Shown: positions 15,401 to 26,200 of the stretch, piece after piece
Layout of the letters: the number at the start of each line of letters is the position of its first letter
How positions within the stretch are numbered: position 1 is the first letter of the stretch
Source: Macrostomum hystrix
Lineage: Eukaryota > Animalia > Platyhelminthes
Direction of reading: 5' to 3'
NCBI GenBank assembly: GCA_950097015.1
Contig: CATNEN010000001.1
Span: forward strand, 26,722,001-26,786,000
Length of the DNA: 64,000 nucleotides
Notes under the pieces: model-generated
What the model saw: the letters and a program-made list of their open reading frames with translations, nothing else
Databases searched by the model: none
Told to the model about the DNA's origin: nothing
Position numbers and translations under genes: made by a program

Positions 15401-18363
15401 GCTTTATAGGCAGGCCAGGCGAAATGGTGCACATTCGCTTCATCGACTTCCGGTTGGACGGTCCGGTAACTGGCAGGTGCGCTGCTTACCTTTTCAATTA
15501 TCGGTGGGATTTAGGATAGGGAAGAGATCGCTCCAGGGCAAGGGTCGGCACACTTATTAGCTAGCTTGCCAAAGAGAGAACCTAACAGATGACAGCGGGC
15601 TGCATTGACTGTAGAAATATGAGATAGGGGAGAGATGAGACAGAGAAGAGATGAGACAGGGGAGAGACGAGACAGGGGAGAGATGAGACGCAGGAGAGAC
15701 GAGGCCGAGGAGAGGTAAGATGGGAGAAAGATGAAACAGTATACTGTAAGGTTTCGGAAGCAGATACAGGCTGGCGGCTTCTTGATTCTTGAAAAATGTG
15801 CCATAAATGTATAAATAAAAGAATCATAACCAGTTGCACCTACACTACCTATTTCAGCTGCAGCTCAGAGCAAGGCGATAGGGTGCTTGTGTACTACAGC
15901 AGCAGCGCTATTGGCAGCCCGAATTCTGTATTCTGTGGCACGCATTTCAGCGAATACGTCTACTCCACAGGCCCCCATATGACCCTGGTGTTCCTGACGG
16001 ACGATCGTCTCACTCTAGGGGAGCGAGGTTTCAACGGTAACTATTACTTCACCAAGCTGCCAGAGAAGAACTCGCTGGATGCGCCGAAGGATCAAGGAGT
16101 AGCTGCAGCCGACAGCAAGCAGGCCACAATGGGCTGCTCGTCGAACCGGGAGATCCGCAGTGAAGAATCATCGAGTGGCGTCCTGCAATCTCCCAATTAT
16201 CCGGATGGCTACCTGCAGTCTCATTGCTCCTGGACTTTCATTGGGCGAAGCAACAAGACCGAGCGAGTGGTCATCGAAATCCAGGAGCTCGACGTGGAAT
16301 CGCGGACAACGGATATTAGTACATCGCTGGAGTGCACCTCCAAGGATCAGGTGACTGTCACAAAGTACATCGAGATGCAGATGTCAGGCGGTAAAGTGGA
16401 CGCTGTAGACAAGCCGTTCTGCGAAGTCCAAAACTCGAGACCTGTACGCATCATGAGCACGAGGATCCCCAAACTTAAACTCAGCTTCTACACCGAGAAG
16501 GCCTCCAGCATGCGCAGGGGACTCAAGTTCAAGTACAGCTTCGTTCAAGGTGAGAATTCTCTATCTATTTGCAGGGGGGCCCGGGGCACTTGTCGCACAG
16601 CAGCAGTGTCCCCCACCCCAGCCCCACACGCACAGAGCAGACCAAGCCGGGGCGGAAGGCTGATAAGAAATCAGTCCTCAGGGGGGGGCCAGGTGATGAG
16701 TGTACACTTATCCAATCGCGCTGACGGAAGTCCAGAAAGCGCGCGGCGGTGTACACCCGCCCTCCAGCCACCCCCGCAAGGTCTCACGCCGCAGCGCCAA
16801 CGCACACAACTCACACAACGCAGAACAGGCACACAGAAAGGTAGGAGCGAAGCTATTATGTCAAGCTTTGATTGCACGAAATATGGTGCACCTCCGCTGG
16901 TCGCTACTGTCCAAAGCCCCCAACAAGTCCCGAAATTAATCGTGACTTGAAGGGTGAATCGAACTAGCGTCCTTTGGAGTGCGAGGCAGCGACGTTAGCC
17001 GCTGACCCACTCGCCCCCTCCAAGGTGAGAATTGCTGTCAGTTTTAAACGGGGCTAATAGTGAAATGCTTATCTAAAGCTATGGATGCCAGCTACCAGTC
17101 CTCAATTCCTTTCGCTTCTGCAGACTTTGGAGTACTGGGCGAGCACAAGACTCAAAACCAGTCTCTGGGTTGCCACTTCGAATTCCGCAGCGACAAGGGC
17201 CACAGCGGCAACTTCTCGAGTCCTAATTATCCCCACGCCTATCCCGAGCAGCTCACCTGCACCTACGTGTTCCGAGCTAGGCCTCACGAGACCACTCGCA
17301 TTGAGTTCGCCAACTTTGACACCGAGACTTCTAGGAAAACGTGAGCAGTCTGAATTTTTTCCAGTGGAGTCAGGAATCATACCCCGGACCTTCAAGCCGC
17401 GAGTCCAACACACTAACCACTAGGCTACAATGCCCCTTCGAGTGGCAACTAATATGAGAGTAAAGTAGTCCAGAAGATACCATTGATATTGTTATTCTTT
17501 GTCTTTCATTTGGTCTTTCCTTCAGCTGCAATCCGGACGAAAGCGACTACGTGACAGCTGACGACTGCGCGCGTCCCCGCGGTCTCTCTGGAGGTCGCCA
17601 TGTGCTCTGCGGTCGGCCAGAACGGGGCAAGGCATTCTCCTACAAATTCCAGACCACGTGTTTGCGCGTGATCTTCGTGAGCAACGATCGCTACAACTCG
17701 CCTGGCTTTCTCGGCGTCTACTATTTCGACAGACTCTCCAGTGAGTGCCGGATTAGGAATGCACTTTTCAGCGTCTGACTCGAGACACTTGTATAAATAA
17801 TCATAATAATTGCTAGAGGGCTGCGGGCGATCACACATTCTTTGACACTATAGACCCGGAGCGCGCGACGAGGCAATTCTACCTATTTCGCTGACTCCTG
17901 AGCACACGTGCACACAGGCACACGCTCACATAGGTGTGTACATCTGCCCTGACTTTCTCATCGTCAGGCAGTGTACACTCTCACTGTGTCTTGCAGGTTC
18001 TCCCACTCGCGACACTTCACGATGCTAGGAAAGAGAACAAAAGTTTAGGGACCCAACCACCGCATATTTATATAAATTGTAGCGAACACGAACTGGGGGT
18101 AGTTGCACACTAGGTGGCCAGACAGGAAGGTGTGAGAATGCGAGGCTTTGAGAGAGATACAGTGACGTGGCGACCGAATTAGAACAACAAGGTTAGCCGA
18201 ATGATTTTCTCTGCAATCGACTCCGAGCTATCACATTTCAGACGATCTGCTCAGCCAGTACGGAAAGTACTCCCAGGCCTGCCTGCCCGGCTACTGTCTA
18301 TGGGCCGGCCTGCTCTGCTCTCTCGTCCTGAGCCAGCTTCTGACTGCAGTGCACCTGGTCTGA
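9425..18363 (+). CDS. sol-1: Multi-CUB-domain cell-surface protein, suppressor-of-lurcher-1 (SOL-1)-like; 5 CUB domains plus hydrophobic C-terminus
   Basis: Phase-consistent GT-AG exons 9425-9608, 11944-12173, 14300-14803, 15272-15476, 15858-16549, 17124-17340, 17526-17740, 18242-18363 (TGA). CUB motifs: CKCYQF..GQFKSPLFPRAYPLAISCMLYVF, GQFFSPAYPQNY, GVLQSPNYPDGY, GNFSSPNYPHAY. SOL-1 assignment is from recalled similarity of CUB1. Confidence 0.85.
10190..10345 (-). mobile_element. Decayed non-LTR retrotransposon APE-endonuclease fragment (intronic)
   Basis: ORF 10035-10343 segment IEISNCRLQVRLRV...AFVGIYTQSP resembles the I..R..(strand)..Y-x-P segment of LINE endonucleases; weak. Confidence 0.35.
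13240..13570 (+). mobile_element. SINE family A, full length (tRNA-derived head)
   Basis: A-box-like GTGGCAGAGCGG and B-box-like GAGCTCGACTCC, then a body shared with ~10 other copies in the window. Confidence 0.85.
14090..14271. repeat. 15-bp minisatellite (CCTTCGTCCCTTGGT)n just upstream of a CUB exon acceptor
   Basis: Directly visible. Confidence 0.95.
14990..15190 (+). mobile_element. SINE family B (CORE-like), degenerate copy
   Basis: gttgtagc..ggtcggggttcg..gacacttaactctgcactgcttcagttcacccag..ccagtccatggactgaacagctgtacgcagcc. Confidence 0.75.
15540..15730 (+). mobile_element. Dispersed repeat carrying the 18-bp GAGATGAGAC minisatellite (second copy ~34180-34490, minus)
   Basis: Shared unique flank GGGTCGGCA..ATTAGCTAGC..CAAAGAGAGAACCTAA..GACAGCGG..ATTGACTGTAGAAATATGA precedes the satellite at both loci. 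Confidence 0.7.
16559..17020 (-). mobile_element. tRNA-derived SINE (family D) with 13-bp TSD
   Basis: tRNA-like head on minus strand (GGGGGCGAGTGGGTCAGCGG...GTTCGATTC); CAAGGTGAGAATT at 16546-16558 and 17021-17033. Confidence 0.8.
17355..17432 (-). mobile_element. SINE family B, head-only fragment
   Basis: Reverse complement matches TTGTAGCCTAGTGGTTAG..GGACTC..TTGAAGGTC head. Confidence 0.65.
17817..18000 (-). mobile_element. SINE family A, 3' part
   Basis: atttcgctgactcctgagcac...catctgccctgactttctcatcgtcaggcagtgtacac. Confidence 0.8.
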
Positions 18364-18514
18364 GTGCTGCCAGCCATTCTACTCCACCTAAATTCATTCC
18401 CGCAAGATGTGAACAACTTTTCAAATTATCGCTGGTATAACTAACAATTCACTATTAATTGGCTTCAACTTCGTGATTGGGTGGCAGTTTATGTAATAAT
18501 TAAAAATAACTGAA

Positions 18515-18805
18515 AGAGGGCTGCGGGCAATGGCACATAATTTGGTGACACTGGACCCGCAGCCAGCGACGAGCCTATTCTGCTCGTTTCGCTGACTCCT
18601 GAGCACACACGCACACAGCTACAGTACGCAGGCACACAGGTGTGTACATTTGCCCTGACTCTCTCATGTAGTGTACACCTTACTGCGTCTTGGAGGCTGG
18701 CTGTCTTGGAGGAGGGCGAATATTACATGACAAACCCCCATGCCTTCTCTCCGCGGCTGCGCCCCAAATATAAGGACTCGCCGCGGAATCGAGCTCAGGG
18801 ATCTT
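18515..18805 (-). mobile_element. SINE family A copy
   Basis: Shared family sequence; head-to-head with the adjacent family B copy. Confidence 0.8.
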
Positions 18806-18824
18806 TGTTCGAGAGTAAAACGCG

Positions 18825-19075
18825 TCGAGGCGTCGGATTCACGAATTGAAGGTCGGGGGTTCGATTCCAGACTCCCCTGGAACAATTTATGTCCTTTAGC
18901 AAGACACTTAACTCTGCATTGCTTCAGGTCACCCAACATCAGCTGGGATAGTTAAAGGTTGGTGTGGCGTCCCTCCAGTCCATGGACTGAACAGCTGTAC
19001 GCAGCCTTCAGATGCGCCGCGCAATAGCTGCGGCTGTGCTGTCGGCTGCACATCTGGCCCAATTGGCTATTGCCT
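18825..19075 (+). mobile_element. SINE family B copy
   Basis: Matches 34996-35300. Confidence 0.8.
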
Positions 19076-20045
19076 ATTGGTAATTAAATGATTATTTAAC
19101 TATTAATAATTTTTTATTATTGTACTCAATAGTTCCTATTCTTAATCCACCCAAGATGAAGAATGTGAAGTTATTAAAGTTATAGAGTAAAGCAACTCTA
19201 AACTCTCTCGCCAGAGCAAAGCATTTATGTAATTTGCTTAAGAAACAATTTTGTCTGATGTAACTACATTACATTAACAATGTCTGATGTAATGACGCCC
19301 TTATTTCTTACTCGATTCCAAGAAGCAGGATTTTTATTACGATGTGAGAGCATTGCTATTGTGCTACCTGTTGTCTCTATCCTTTAATCCAGTTCGTATT
19401 TTATAGTTTCTTGTCTGTTTTTGTTATCTGAATTATAATTGTTTAAAGTCTCATGTCAACATTAATTCATAAATGCTTACTCGACTAGATGAAATTTAAA
19501 AGGCCTGCTTTTATCCATACCTGAGTGTCAATCAGCACAACAGTATACTCACTGCTCCTTACTGGTAAAGCCTATAAACCAAATTCGTGTTGCAACTTTC
19601 CAAACATTCTAACCCCGAGTTTCATTGCTTATTCTGACGACAATTACAATCAAACCTTAATTAAAATACCATTCGTATGATCAACTGTGTTTGATGAACC
19701 GCAATGATGAGCTACTTGAGGTTACTTAATCCAGTTGAACTTTACGGGAAGGCAGTTTCGTTTTGATTTTAATCGGTTTTGTGTCTATGTGTCGATTTGA
19801 ATCGATTCAGTAAAATTCTAGCTCCATAGTGACAGTTGTGACGAATGATGGGATTCTAAACAAGAACAAATGATAGGTATTCAGGTGTGTAAATTCATGG
19901 ATGCTAGCTTCGACTTAGCAGCTTTTTTGCAGACAATTCACTGTCATGAAAAGCTAAGTCGCGAGATACAGGAAAATTGTAGGATACTAACTTCACGTCT
20001 TTAAAAAATACTTCTGATAAGTTATTCTAACTTAGAAAAGTCAAA

Positions 20046-21174
20046 TCAGCCTCGAACATAGAACACCGCGTTGAAGGTCGCGAGTTGACTGGGCACAGCC
20101 GCGAGCGTCAGCAGCTGGCACAGGTTCTGCTGCCAGGAGTAGAGCACCGCCAGACATCCACTGCGGCATAGACTGACGCACACGACAGCACTGCTGGCAG
20201 GCTGCGTTCGGAATGTCGGCTGCGGGTACAGGCTACTCAGCGCGACATACACACGTTTTGTCGAGATAAAGAGGCCGCTGTCTGCAATTTTTGTGAAGGC
20301 ACACACTCCCAGACACTTGGAAGATACGACTGTACACATGGTATGACCAAAGGTGCAAGGTGGGGTTAGTGGCAGAAGTGGTCTTATGCGTTTGACTCTC
20401 GCACAAAGGTCCCTGAGCTCGATTCCGCGGCAAAGTCACATTCATTTGGGGCGCATCCGCGGAGAGAAGGCTTGGGGGCTTGTCGTGCAATTTACACCCT
20501 TGAAGTCCGACCTCCAAGGCACAGTGAGAGTGTACATTACCTAATGATGAGAAAGAAAGTCACGGAATGTGTGCGTGTGCGCTCGTAAGTCAGCGAAATG
20601 AGCAGAACTGCACCCTCGCTGGCTGCGTGTCTAGTGTCACCAAATAATGTGCCATTGCCCGCAGCTCTCCTGCCATTATTATTATAAAAAGTCCAAGGCC
20701 CTGACTTTTCAATGCAACAAAAATTAAAAAGGCCGCGCAGTCCTCCACAAATACAAACATCTCAGGCTCAGGAAACTTACTTTTGTAGTTCAGAGCGAAC
20801 ACAGAGTTCCTCGCCAAGCCGCCGCACGTCTGTGACGCATTGCCGTAGCAACTCAAGTTGCAGTCGCTTTCCTCAGCCGTGCCCTGAGAGCCGTACGAGT
20901 TGCCGCAGTAGCATTCCTGATAGCATTGAACTCCGAAGTAAGAGAAGCCACCAAGTGAGCAGAAGCCGCTGCAGAACTCGCGGCTCATCTGAGTTGATAT
21001 GATGATGCCAGACGTAACAGTCTGGCCAGCAAGCGTTTGAACTCCGCTGAGACCCCAGAGATCTCTAGCGCCACCTGTGTAGTCCACAAAGCAGCCGACG
21101 TACGAGATGCCTGCGAGGTTGGCAGAGCCAAAGACCCCAGGCAGAAGAATTATCAGTAGGCTGCTCAAGGTCAT
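20046..21174 (-). CDS. Secreted WSC-domain + C-terminal PAN/Apple-like protein (paralog 1)
   Basis: Exon 1 21174-20781: signal peptide and WSC (YVGCFVD...CSGFC..YFGVQ..ECYCGN..C...C.G...TCGG). Donor gtaagt, phase 1. Exon 2 20281-20046: CVSLC..GCLAVLY...LCQLL Apple-like pattern. Confidence 0.85.
20361..20675 (+). mobile_element. SINE family A copy inside the WSC gene intron
   Basis: Shared family sequence. Confidence 0.8.
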
Positions 21175-22591
21175 GCTTTTGAACAGGCGACGGAATGCTG
21201 CAATTTGGGTAGCTCTAGCGACGTTACAGTGATCACTCGTCCATTTATTGCACATTCTACTATTTGCGTTTAGCATTTTCTGTTGTTGAATCTTCTTTGT
21301 ACCATTTTATTTGAAGTTTGCTTTAGGTTGAATATTTGATTGCCGCTTTCCGAACAATTTATTTCGTTTGGTCCTTGGTTTTTTCAGCAGCGAAGAATTT
21401 TCTGCTGAGCAAAGAAAGAAAAGTGGATACAAGGTTGCGCATAGCAGATTTTTTTAATAAAATGATAAAATGAATTTTCTTTATTCTCGAGCCTAAACCG
21501 ATCAAGGTAAAAATTTTATTTGCCATATTGATATTCATTCTATAATAGTACGATTACTTACTTAGACTAATTGGCGCAACAACGACTACTACTCCATACT
21601 TTTTAAGCTTCGGTAATCACTAGCCATTTAGTCTCCCCTCCGGGTGGCCCAAACACTGTTTATTTCATTGGTAGCACGCAGGCGAGCAACCATGAGCAGA
21701 CGAAAATTATCCCCCCCCCCAGAAAAAGAAGCCAATGTCCATGCAACGCAGCAGAGAACCAATGTCTCCCTTTAGCAGAGAACAATTTATGTAATCATTT
21801 CAAGAAATTTAAATTAATAAATGGTATTATTACCTTAACGTTGGCGTTGACAAAATCATCTTAAAAGTTTGTTGTGGCTGTGGCGCTTATACCATCGTTC
21901 CTTTTTGACAAGTGAGTCATTAACGCGGCACTTTATCTCCGCACTGGCCTGACCCGTCCAAGTGAATTGCTGCGTCGTCGGCCGCGCCGAGTCCTGCTGC
22001 CCACAGCCGGTGCAGGAGGTTCAACCCTACCTGTGCGGCCAGGCCCGAACTCGGCTCTTCATCGACTGCCTGTGTTTTTGTTGTTGTTGTGAAATATTTT
22101 CCCTTTTTCTGAGCGATTTCCAATCGCCTCAAAAGTGAAACACAAAGAATTTGTCCTTCACAACAAGTGTAGACTGTGTTCCTAACAGACAGTGACCGCC
22201 ACATGTAATCAATTCAAGTTAGTATGTGCTTTCTAAAGACAGTCCAGAATTCTTAGTACGCAGTAGAGGCTGATAATGACCGATAAAAACTGACCATGCA
22301 CGCGCTGTCACAACTCTTTATTTTTTCACCCTGGACTAAATTTTGCCCTTTAATTGACCCCAAAATGTTCATTAATGGCAAACAGGAAACTGGAAATCGA
22401 AATTTAATGCTTTTTGGAGTCGCCCACGTAAGTTGAGGGGCATAAATAAGGCTTGTCTGGCAGCAGTGATGGTCAGACCACCAGCCTCCAACAACAGACC
22501 AGCAGCAGATCAAACCAACAACAGACCAAACCAACAACAGACCTCCAAAAACAGAAGAAACATTCTGAAGACATTCTAACAACATTTTTCA

Positions 22592-23878
22592 ATGAGGCTC
22601 CTGCCGTTGCTCCTCAGCAGCATCATCGGCTGCTGCCTTTATCTCTACACAGCCAACGCTGCTTCGGTGATGAGGCTCGGCTCTCTAAGTCAAGTGGCCG
22701 AGTCAGATCTAGCTAGCAGCCTCGGTGGCCAGCTGCGCGCCCTGTCACTGCCTTTGCCACGCGGAGTCTTGTGTGACTCTTGCCTGATCGTGTCTCCACG
22801 GGCCCACAGCCGGCTTCTGCGCGGCTCCCTGCCCCGCTCCCAGTTGCAGCCGGGTCTCAGGTCTCGCGGACTTCCTCAGCCGGTCATTGACAGGTTGGCG
22901 GCTCTGGCTTTTGCTCAGTCGGTCGTATTCCAGACTTTCAAGTTCGATGTGAGCGAACAGGTCGGTCAAGGCCGCTATGAGACCTACTATGGTGCTGGGC
23001 GTCGGGTGGACAATGAGAATGTTGAGTTCGGCGTGATCCACAGCATGTCCAGCGCACAGTTGGTTGCCAAGACGACACCTGTCACGAGAAAGCGTTGCAA
23101 GACGCGCTTTTTCCTCCGAAGGTGCAAGACATGGGTTGAGAACGTGTCACGCGGACTCACACCTGACGAACTGCTGATTATACAAGCCACTCTCATTCAC
23201 TTTGCGGTGACATCGGCCACTGTCCAACTGGCTGGCATCCAACGAACTCGTCGCTCTGTTGGGGAATCTGGAGAGTATACCTCAGCTCCACAGATTCAGC
23301 AGCCGTCGGTGATTCTGCCGAGAAATTCAGGAGAAGGAAACGCGAGCCTCACCGAACTGGTCCGGCAAGGGCTCGATCAACTGGCCCTGACAACGTCCTC
23401 ACAGACGCTGCGGCGCATACTGTTATCCAGAGCTGCAGTCTTTGCCGCCATGTACACGCGCTCGCTTCGACTACCAGCGCCACTCACTGATCGTCTGCGT
23501 GATGCCCTCCTGAGTACCTTGGCTGCCTCGAACAACAGTGATGAGAGCCACTGGAGGCAGCTAAGTGTGCTGTTCAATACCGACGACGATCCGGCGGCGA
23601 TCCGTTTCATCCGGGTGGCTGTACGACGGCGCAGCGACTCGTTCGACTTCACTTATGCATCCGCGCGACTCTCTGTCAGGCTTTTTGACCGGATTCAGGT
23701 GCTGCTGGTTGGAGGCTTCGGCGACGGCGTTGGATTCCATCTGGTCCACAGGAGCTCAACCAATTTCAGTCGGACCGACCTTCGGCAGGCGCTGCAGCTG
23801 CTGTGGAATGCCTCAGGACGGGCTATAGGGGGCCGCCTGTCTAAGATTCTGCAGTCAAGCAATCATCTAAGAAACTAG
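22592..23878 (+). CDS. Uncharacterised secreted protein, 428 aa, intronless, internal furin-like site RTRR|S
   Basis: Long GC-rich non-repetitive ORF in AT-rich flanks; N-terminal signal peptide MRLLPLLLSSIIGCCLYLYTANA. Confidence 0.8.
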   Translation: MRLLPLLLSSIIGCCLYLYTANAASVMRLGSLSQVAESDLASSLGGQLRALSLPLPRGVLCDSCLIVSPRAHSRLLRGSLPRSQLQPGLRSRGLPQPVIDRLAALAFAQSVVFQTFKFDVSEQVGQGRYETYYGAGRRVDNENVEFGVIHSMSSAQLVAKTTPVTRKRCKTRFFLRRCKTWVENVSRGLTPDELLIIQATLIHFAVTSATVQLAGIQRTRRSVGESGEYTSAPQIQQPSVILPRNSGEGNASLTELVRQGLDQLALTTSSQTLRRILLSRAAVFAAMYTRSLRLPAPLTDRLRDALLSTLAASNNSDESHWRQLSVLFNTDDDPAAIRFIRVAVRRRSDSFDFTYASARLSVRLFDRIQVLLVGGFGDGVGFHLVHRSSTNFSRTDLRQALQLLWNASGRAIGGRLSKILQSSNHLRN

Positions 23879-24444
23879 AGGACGAGTAGAAACTAGACTT
23901 GAACTAGAGACCTGAAGTAGCATTGCAGTGCTTCAAGCTGTTTTTCTGGCTATCTTGACATCAGCGAATTTTCTTTCCTATGAAACCATTATTTTTCGTT
24001 CAACAAATATGGCTTTTTTTGGCAAATGAAATACTTTTTTATTTCCTAGCTCTATTATTTCTCAATGATAACTGTTTCTTTCTTAGAAATGAGTCAATAA
24101 ACTACGAATATTAACGGGCAAATTTACTTTAAGGCTGATAATAAGCTCAAAGGTATGAAAAATGACGATTCCTTGAAGCTAAGTACTCACAATTTTAAGA
24201 AGTTTTCTTTCAGAAATATGAAACTTGCGCATAAATGCCTTCACCATAAGCGGGGTCATCCGGCAGGTTAGAAGAGATAGGGAGATCGAACCACAAACTA
24301 AGGGAAGCAAATTGTGCCCTTTGGCTTCGGATTAATAAAGTAAGAAAGATTTAAATTAATTTAAAATATGAAATATTACAGTGTAAAGGTTTTCGTCCGT
24401 GGTTCCTCGTCATGAGCTACTGCGAGTCGTGTTCTACTGTTCTG

Positions 24445-24655
24445 CAGGCAGCGTACGACTGTTCAGTCCCTGGACTGGGGGACGCCAACCCACCCTAAAT
24501 TACCATAGACAATGCTAGTACTCATTTCACAGCTGGGCGAACTCGAGGTTCAGTGTCTTGCTAAAGGACACAAATTGATCCGATAGAGTCTGGAATCGAA
24601 CCCGAGACCTTCAAGCCGTGAGTCCCACTCTCTAACTAACCGCTTGGCTACAACG
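24445..24655 (-). mobile_element. SINE family B copy
   Basis: Shared family sequence. Confidence 0.75.
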
Positions 24656-24949
24656 CCATCAAGTTTGATAACAAGATTAGGTTTATTAATTACGAGTCCC
24701 GGGCCTGAATTCAGCTTTCTTGCCTCTAGAACTACCCCAAGGAGAAAGAGCAGAATCGAAAACTTTTATGACAGACTTTTCTCGAAGGTGGGAAAGCAAG
24801 GTTGAATCGCTAGAGTACTTATTCATTTATTATAGCTGTTTTCGGATGTTGTTTTTCTTTCCATTCCATTAGAAATGAAACAAAAGAACTTTAACAAGTA
24901 AAAATGTGTACTAACGGCTTTAGGACCCAATAAAATAATAATAATAACT

Positions 24950-25265
24950 GCGAGAGGGCTGTGAGCAATGACACATCATTTGGTGACACTAGACCCGCAA
25001 CCAGCGAGGTAATTCTGCCCATTTCGCTGACTCCTGAGCACACACGCACACTGATACACAGATACGCACTCACACAGGTGTGTACATCTGTACTGGCTTT
25101 GTCATCGTCAGGATGTGTACACTGAGGGCGTAAATTGCACGACAAGCCACCAAGCCTTCTCTCCGTGGCTGCACCTGAAATCAATGTGGCCTCGCCGTAG
25201 AATCGAAATTAGTAACATTGTTGCGAGAGGCAAACGCGTTAGACCACTCTGCCACCGACCCCCCA
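24950..25265 (-). mobile_element. SINE family A copy
   Basis: Shared family sequence. Confidence 0.8.
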
Positions 25266-25414
25266 GTTAGGTCCCAAGCAAGTTTCTTGCGCTAGCAAAT
25301 GTTTTTGAAAGCTAATGTTCCGTTTTTTCACCTGTTGCACTCGCTGTGAATGTCAGAGCGATCGTCCGGACGAAAGTCGTTTCCATTCTGGAATTCTCAT
25401 CAAAGCTAAAATAT

Positions 25415-26200
25415 TCAGAAGAATGGGGACAGACACTCGCAAAAGGTCCCAGCTGCGTAAAGATAATTATCAGCAGGCAAATCTATGAGACGCTTTCCAT
25501 AATCGATTGCAAGTCGATCCTCGGCGCCTGCGCCATTGTTGGGCTCTCCGATTTTCCAGAGTCCGGTCGGGATGCTCAGACCGCAGCTGACCCACTGCCA
25601 GCCTCCCGATGGCTCCTGACTGCCCGGAAGCTGCCAGCCGCCCAGATAGATGGAATAAAAACCAGAGACTGGCCCTGAAGATGTACGAATGCCTACATCG
25701 TTGATAGCCATCAGCCCAAGCCTCTCCATCTCACTGCCATCCGTCACATCCGCCATGATGACGAGTCCAGGCTCCGCATCGCACATGGCCTTGCAGCTTG
25801 TCCAGTTACCAACGCAGCTCATGAACTTGTACTTGACGCCGCAAGAGTCGTTCGCGTATCCGGCAGGACACAGAGCTCCGGGCGGCAGTCCTGACTGCTG
25901 CTTCACAAACAGCTGTCCTGTGCGGCTGCAGCCGCAGTCTCTCACGCTCTTGCTGCACCTGTCGAACACAAACAGCTGACACGGACCGTCGGCCATGGAG
26001 AAGGCCTGACATTGCTGTCTGCTGCTGCACAGACTCGAGCACTTCATGCTGGACTTGGCCTCGGCGTGGGTCTCGATGAACTGAGCGTTGATGCACAGCA
26101 GCCCGTTGATTCTGTAGTAGAAGCTGGCAGAGCTCGCCAGAGACAGCGCCAGCGACACCAACACCAAGAGAAGTCGCAGGCTATCCAGAATATTCATCAT
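25415..26200 (-). CDS. Secreted PAN/Apple-C-type lectin, copy 1
   Basis: Signal peptide LRLLLVLVSLALSLA; Apple-like CSSLC..QCQAF..CQLF; CTLD (CPAGY..NW..C..C..YLGG..W.W..W..GEPNN..ED..D..FCE). Likely ATG at 26200. Confidence 0.88.
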   Translation of the reverse strand: MMNILDSLRLLLVLVSLALSLASSASFYYRINGLLCINAQFIETHAEAKSSMKCSSLCSSRQQCQAFSMADGPCQLFVFDRCSKSVRDCGCSRTGQLFVKQQSGLPPGALCPAGYANDSCGVKYKFMSCVGNWTSCKAMCDAEPGLVIMADVTDGSEMERLGLMAINDVGIRTSSGPVSGFYSIYLGGWQLPGSQEPSGGWQWVSCGLSIPTGLWKIGEPNNGAGAEDRLAIDYGKRLIDLPADNYLYAAGTFCECLSPFF

